A stretch of DNA of 64,000 bases from Polyangiales bacterium (lineage in GTDB: Bacteria; Myxococcota_A; Polyangia; Polyangiales; Ga0077539). Shown piece by piece: positions 60,013 through 64,000 of the stretch; within the stretch, counting starts at the first letter, position 1, and each line of letters begins with the position of its first letter. The position numbers were made by a program, and so were the translations under genes. The stretch lies in assembly GCA_044229975.1 (NCBI GenBank), contig JBGARZ010000002.1:928001-992000 (forward strand), read 5' to 3'. Below the pieces are notes generated by a model. It saw nothing but the letters and a program-made list of their open reading frames with translations, was not told the DNA's origin and searched no databases.

Positions 60013-60867
60013 ATGCGCCACGCCGCCGCCTTCGTCAGCCTCTCGCTCCTGCTCTTCGCGGCACCTGCCGCCGCGCAGACCCCCGCCGCCGCGCCGGTGC
60101 TCCTGCGCTACCGCTACGCCGCGGGCGAGCACCATCGGTACCTCGTTCGGTCTACGTCGACGGCCCCGGCGCCCATCGGCCGCATGGTCACCAGCATGCA
60201 CGCCGACATGGAGACCCGCTCGGTCGCTCCCGATGGCTCGGCGGTGATCCGCTCGCGCTTCACGGGCGTCGAGCTCACGAGCGCGATGATCCCCGCGGCC
60301 GCGGCCCAGCAGATACGCCAGGGCATGGAAGGCATGAGCGTCGAGGTCACCCAGGACGCGCGCGGCGTGGTCACGGCGCACCAGCCCGCGACGGGTGTCT
60401 CTCCCCAGCTACGCCCGATCATGGACGGGCTCATGCAGTCGATGGAGCAGATGGGCCTGTGGTTGCCCGAAAACCCCGTGCGCGTCGGTGAGTCGTGGCG
60501 CCAGACCCGTACGCTGCACCTGCCGCTCGGCGCGCTCGGCGCGCTCGACCTCGACGTCAACGTCACCTACACGCTTCGCGCCCTGCGCGGACCCGCCACG
60601 GCGCGGCGGGCCGACATCGCGATGGTCACCGCCATCACCATGGCGCACCCGATGGTGATCCAGGGCGTCACCGTCGAGGGCTCGGGCAACGGCACCGGAA
60701 CCCTCACCTTCGACGTAAACGCCGGCGCCCTCCACGACACCCTCGCCCACGTCACGATGCTCATCCACACCTCGGCGGGCGGACAGTCGCAGGACATTCG
60801 AACGCAGTCCGACAGCGAGATGCGCCCCGAAGGAACCACCGCCCCCGCCGCGCGCCCGACTCCCTGA
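60013..60867 (+). CDS. Secreted hypothetical protein (beta-rich, DUF6263-like)
   Basis: Signal ..APAAA/Q, LRYRY..G, LPENPVRVGESW. Confidence 0.7.
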   Translation: MRHAAAFVSLSLLLFAAPAAAQTPAAAPVLLRYRYAAGEHHRYLVRSTSTAPAPIGRMVTSMHADMETRSVAPDGSAVIRSRFTGVELTSAMIPAAAAQQIRQGMEGMSVEVTQDARGVVTAHQPATGVSPQLRPIMDGLMQSMEQMGLWLPENPVRVGESWRQTRTLHLPLGALGALDLDVNVTYTLRALRGPATARRADIAMVTAITMAHPMVIQGVTVEGSGNGTGTLTFDVNAGALHDTLAHVTMLIHTSAGGQSQDIRTQSDSEMRPEGTTAPAARPTP

Positions 60868-60975
60868 CGGCACCCGCCGCGAGCGACGGCACGGGCTCTG
60901 CTCTCGTCGGCAATGACTCCTGGGACGGCAGCCGTTCGTGCCACCGTGAGCCAACCACGCACTACGAGGACACCC

Positions 60976-61839
60976 ATGTCAGCTCGATGGTCTCTCGCTC
61001 TCTGTTCGTTCGCGCTCGTGGCCCTGCTGGGGTGTGGCAGCACGGTGATCGTTGCCCCAGCGGGTGACACCGACGCGGGCGCGACCCCGTCGGACACCGC
61101 GAGCCCCGTCGACGCGAGCGCTCCGCCCGTCGACCGCGTGACGCCCGTGGTGGACGTCGCTCCGATCGTCGACGTGCCCAGGGTCTGCATCCTCTCCAAC
61201 GGCGTGCGCTGCCCCGCCGGGCAGGCGTGCTCGGACGGCTGCAACACCTGCTTCTGCGCGGCCGACGGTCTCGTCACCTGCACCGGCCTGGCGTGCATCG
61301 ACGCGGGTCCGCCGGGCGGGTGTCGCTCGCGCGCCGATTGCGGGGCGGATCAGGAGTGCAACTTCCGCGAGCCCGGCTGCGGGATGACGGGCGTGTGCGC
61401 GGCGATCACCGACTGCGCGGCGATTCGCCCCTACTGCGGCTGCGACGGGAGCACCTTCCGCGACTGCCCCGGATCAGCGCACCAGCCGTACGTGAGCGAG
61501 GGCGAGTGCACGACCACCGTCGACGCGGGCATCGCCATGGACTCGGCGGTCTGCGCCGGCGCGAGCATCGGCCCGACGGGGGCCTACTGTGCAGGACCGA
61601 CCGACCGCGCGCTCCCGATGGAGTGCTGCACCGGGTGGGACTGCGACGACCGCACCGCGACGTGTGGCGGTCGCGCGGACCCGTGTCCGCCGGGGCAGGT
61701 TCATCTCATCGCGATGGGGTGCTGGGGGGCGTGTGTTCCGGCGGGGCGGTGCCGGGTGATTCGCTGCGACCGCGGCTTCTGCCCGCACGGCTTCACCTGC
61801 GACGACTCGGACTCCTGCGTGCCGATCAAGATCGATTGA
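60976..61839 (+). CDS. Cys-rich lipoprotein with pacifastin-like and Kazal-like modules
   Basis: Lipobox ALLGC, DGCNTCFC..VTCTGLAC, PYCGCDGSTF..EGEC. GAGGA RBS. Confidence 0.75.
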   Translation: MSARWSLALCSFALVALLGCGSTVIVAPAGDTDAGATPSDTASPVDASAPPVDRVTPVVDVAPIVDVPRVCILSNGVRCPAGQACSDGCNTCFCAADGLVTCTGLACIDAGPPGGCRSRADCGADQECNFREPGCGMTGVCAAITDCAAIRPYCGCDGSTFRDCPGSAHQPYVSEGECTTTVDAGIAMDSAVCAGASIGPTGAYCAGPTDRALPMECCTGWDCDDRTATCGGRADPCPPGQVHLIAMGCWGACVPAGRCRVIRCDRGFCPHGFTCDDSDSCVPIKID

Positions 61840-61848
61840 CGACGAAAC

Positions 61849-62047
61849 ACCGCGCCGGGGCTCCATGGCGGCGTCTCGACCCGTCAAAGGACCGCGCCGG
61901 ACCTCCCGCGCAGCGTTTCGACCGCTCCAAGGACCGCGCCAGACCCTTGCGCAGTGTTTCGACACCTCAAGAGACCGCGCCGTTGCTCCGGCGCACTCCT
62001 TCGACATCTCAAGAGACCGCACCGTCGCTCCGGCGCACTCCTTCGAC
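61849..62047. repeat. Degenerate ~42-bp tandem repeat, about 4.8 copies
   Basis: Units start ACCGC(G/A)CC at 61849, 61891, 61933, 61974 and 62016. Each contains ..TCGAC, and the four complete units end ..CAA(A/G/GA)G. Confidence 0.8.
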
Positions 62048-62052
62048 GCGCG

Positions 62053-63375
62053 TCACCCCTCCCGCACCACCGCCGCAGCCTCTTCGGGCGCCTCCGTCCG
62101 AAACACACCCTCCCAGCGCGCGATGACCACGCTCGCCAGCGCGTTGCCCGTCACGTTGAGCGTCGTGCGCGCCATGTCCATCACCTCGTCCACCGCCAGC
62201 AGCATCGCGACGCCCGCCTCGCCCGGCAGCCCGTAGCTCGCGCACGTCCCCGCGATGATCACCAGCGTCGCGCGCGGCACCCCGGCGACGCCCTTCGACG
62301 ACAGCATGAACGTCAGCACCATGGTGATCTGCTGCGTGAGCGAGAGCTGCACGTGCGCCGCCTGCGCGATGGTGAGGCTCGCAAACACCAGGTACAGCGT
62401 CGACCCGTCGAGGTTGAACGAGTACCCCGTCGGGATGACGAAGCCCGCCACGCGGCGCGGCACGCCGAAGCGCACCATCTCCTCCAACAAGCGCGGCAGC
62501 GCGGCCTCCGACGACGCCGTGGAAAACGCCGTGAGCGCTGGCTCGCGGATGGCCTTCAAGAACTCCCCGACCTTCACCCGACACACGAGGAGGATCGGCA
62601 CGAAGACCAGGAAGAACATCACCGCGAGCGACAGGTAGAGGCTGCCCACGAGCCGCGCGTAGCGCCCGAGGAGATAGAAGACGGCGGGCCAGCCCTTCAC
62701 CATCACCCCGTTGACGAGGTGCCCCGCGGCCATGTGCGAGATGTTGTAGCCCATGGCGCCAAACACCCCGAGCGGCGTCAGCGCCATCACCATCTCGGTG
62801 TACTTGAACATCACCTTCGCGAAGCCTTCGAGGAACGCGAACACCGGCTTGCCCGCATCCCCCGCGCGCGCCAGCGCGAGGCCCAGCAGCGTGGCGAACA
62901 CCACCACCGGCAGGATGTCCCCCTCCGCTGCGTGCTGCACCACGTTGGACGGAAACATGTGCAGCGCGATCTCCCACCCATCGCGCGCGCGCCGGCTCGC
63001 GACGTCGGCGACGTGGGCGCTGGCGTCGAGCGGGAGGCCGTCGCCCGGTCGGATGGTGTTGGCGATGAAGAGCCCGATGCCGAGCGCGATGGTGGTGACG
63101 ACCTCGAAGTAGAGCAGGGCCTTTCCGCCCATGCGCCCGACGGCCTTGATGTCGCCGGTCTGCGCGATGCCCACCACGATGGTCGACAGGAGCAGCGGGA
63201 CGATGAGCCCCTTGATGAGCGAGATGAACGCCTTCGAGAAGAAGCGAAACAGGTTGTAGACGACCGGGTGCTGGTCTTGCGGGAAGAAGCCGCCGAGCAG
63301 CACGCCGAGCCCGAGGCCGACGAAGATCCAGAGGGTGCTCGACCGCCACCAGGGCTTCTTCACGCCGTCGCTCAT
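62053..63375 (-). CDS. Dicarboxylate/amino acid:cation (DAACS, GltP/DctA-like) symporter
   Basis: AFSTASSEAALP, IPTGYSFNLDG, SKGVAGVPRA, DMARTTLNVTGN. Confidence 0.95.
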   Translation of the reverse strand: MSDGVKKPWWRSSTLWIFVGLGLGVLLGGFFPQDQHPVVYNLFRFFSKAFISLIKGLIVPLLLSTIVVGIAQTGDIKAVGRMGGKALLYFEVVTTIALGIGLFIANTIRPGDGLPLDASAHVADVASRRARDGWEIALHMFPSNVVQHAAEGDILPVVVFATLLGLALARAGDAGKPVFAFLEGFAKVMFKYTEMVMALTPLGVFGAMGYNISHMAAGHLVNGVMVKGWPAVFYLLGRYARLVGSLYLSLAVMFFLVFVPILLVCRVKVGEFLKAIREPALTAFSTASSEAALPRLLEEMVRFGVPRRVAGFVIPTGYSFNLDGSTLYLVFASLTIAQAAHVQLSLTQQITMVLTFMLSSKGVAGVPRATLVIIAGTCASYGLPGEAGVAMLLAVDEVMDMARTTLNVTGNALASVVIARWEGVFRTEAPEEAAAVVREG

Positions 63376-63394
63376 GGGCGCGCAGCGTAGGCGA

Positions 63395-64000
63395 TCACCT
63401 GGGACGCGGGATACCCCCGTCGCGCCCCGCGGGCCGCGCGCTCGCATCGACCGTCACGCCCGCATCGACCGGCGCCGTGGGCGTCTGCGTGTTGCGGAGC
63501 AGCGCCTCGACCTCGTCGTCGGAGACCGCGCCGTTGCCGTCTCCCGTCGCGGCGTCTTCTTCGATCGGAGCGGGAGGCGGCGCGGCGCAGTCGCGGTCGG
63601 GCGCGCCTTCGACGTCGGCCTGCCCGGTGACCATCGCGAGCATGGCGAGGGACGTGTTGAGCTCGTTGATCGCCTGGACGTGCTGGGCCTGCGCCGTGAG
63701 GTACGCGCGCAGCGGCGTGAGCAGCGACGACACCTCCAGCGCCCCCGACTGAAACTGCTGGAAGGCCTCGGTGAACCAGCCGTAGCCGAGGCGCTCCTGC
63801 TCACCGCGCGCGGCCTCGACGCGCTGCTTCTCTTGCGCGAGACCGTAGGCGTCGGTGACCTCCAGCGCGATGCCGCCGAGCGCGAGCCGCTCCTGCGCCT
63901 CGGTCATCAACAGTTCTTCGGTGAGACGACGGACGCGGAAGCGGTTGACGATGGGATCGAAGTTCCAGCGGAGGGCGAGGCCGCCGCCCCAGTAGCCGTA
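63395..64000 (-). CDS. TolC-family outer-membrane efflux protein, C-terminal part (5' end outside window)
   Basis: Frame open to the window end: YWGGGLALRWNFD beta-strand, LEVTDAY, FQSG..LL..Y..A..LN..LAML..VTG. Confidence 0.75.
   Translation of the reverse strand, partial: YGYWGGGLALRWNFDPIVNRFRVRRLTEELLMTEAQERLALGGIALEVTDAYGLAQEKQRVEAARGEQERLGYGWFTEAFQQFQSGALEVSSLLTPLRAYLTAQAQHVQAINELNTSLAMLAMVTGQADVEGAPDRDCAAPPPAPIEEDAATGDGNGAVSDDEVEALLRNTQTPTAPVDAGVTVDASARPAGRDGGIPRPR

Noticed and set aside
61849..62047. Possible CRISPR array
   Set aside because: The units are contiguous degenerate repeats without unique spacers, and there are no cas genes.

Overview
This is a very GC-rich bacterial chromosomal segment. 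It is most consistent with Myxococcota (Polyangia-like), inferred from the Cys-rich lipoproteins with 'VDAG' linkers, a MYXO-CTERM-like tail, OmpA-TSP3, PilZ and the mevalonate pathway. It holds about 60 tightly packed genes and one tRNA-Pro(GGG). No integrase, transposase, prophage or CRISPR array was seen. Housekeeping genes are upp, tsaE, surE, apt, ybaK, nagZ, lgt and comEC. Operons include a mevalonate cluster (polyprenyl synthase-mvk-mvaD-PMK-class II HMGR), a four-gene ABC-2 exporter and iscS-iscU-iscA-hscB-hscA-fdx. The most notable observations are: (1) the ISC operon is led not by an Rrf2/IscR protein but by a MerR-family regulator with a C-terminal CxxC-x8-CxxC motif, preceded by tandem palindromic operators; (2) a WYL regulator is divergent from a VWA/membrane protein/lipoprotein(/PilZ) cluster, with palindromes in the shared intergenic region; (3) an orphan protein looks like a degenerate BrxC/DUF6079-type ATPase fused to a degenerate PglZ-like domain; (4) the tRNA-Pro is enclosed by a 15-20 bp leader/trailer stem; (5) a predicted single-cluster 4Fe-4S protein follows the mevalonate operon; (6) a ~42-bp degenerate tandem repeat lies between convergent genes. 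All family calls come from motif recognition by eye, no searches were run, and several start codons are estimates.
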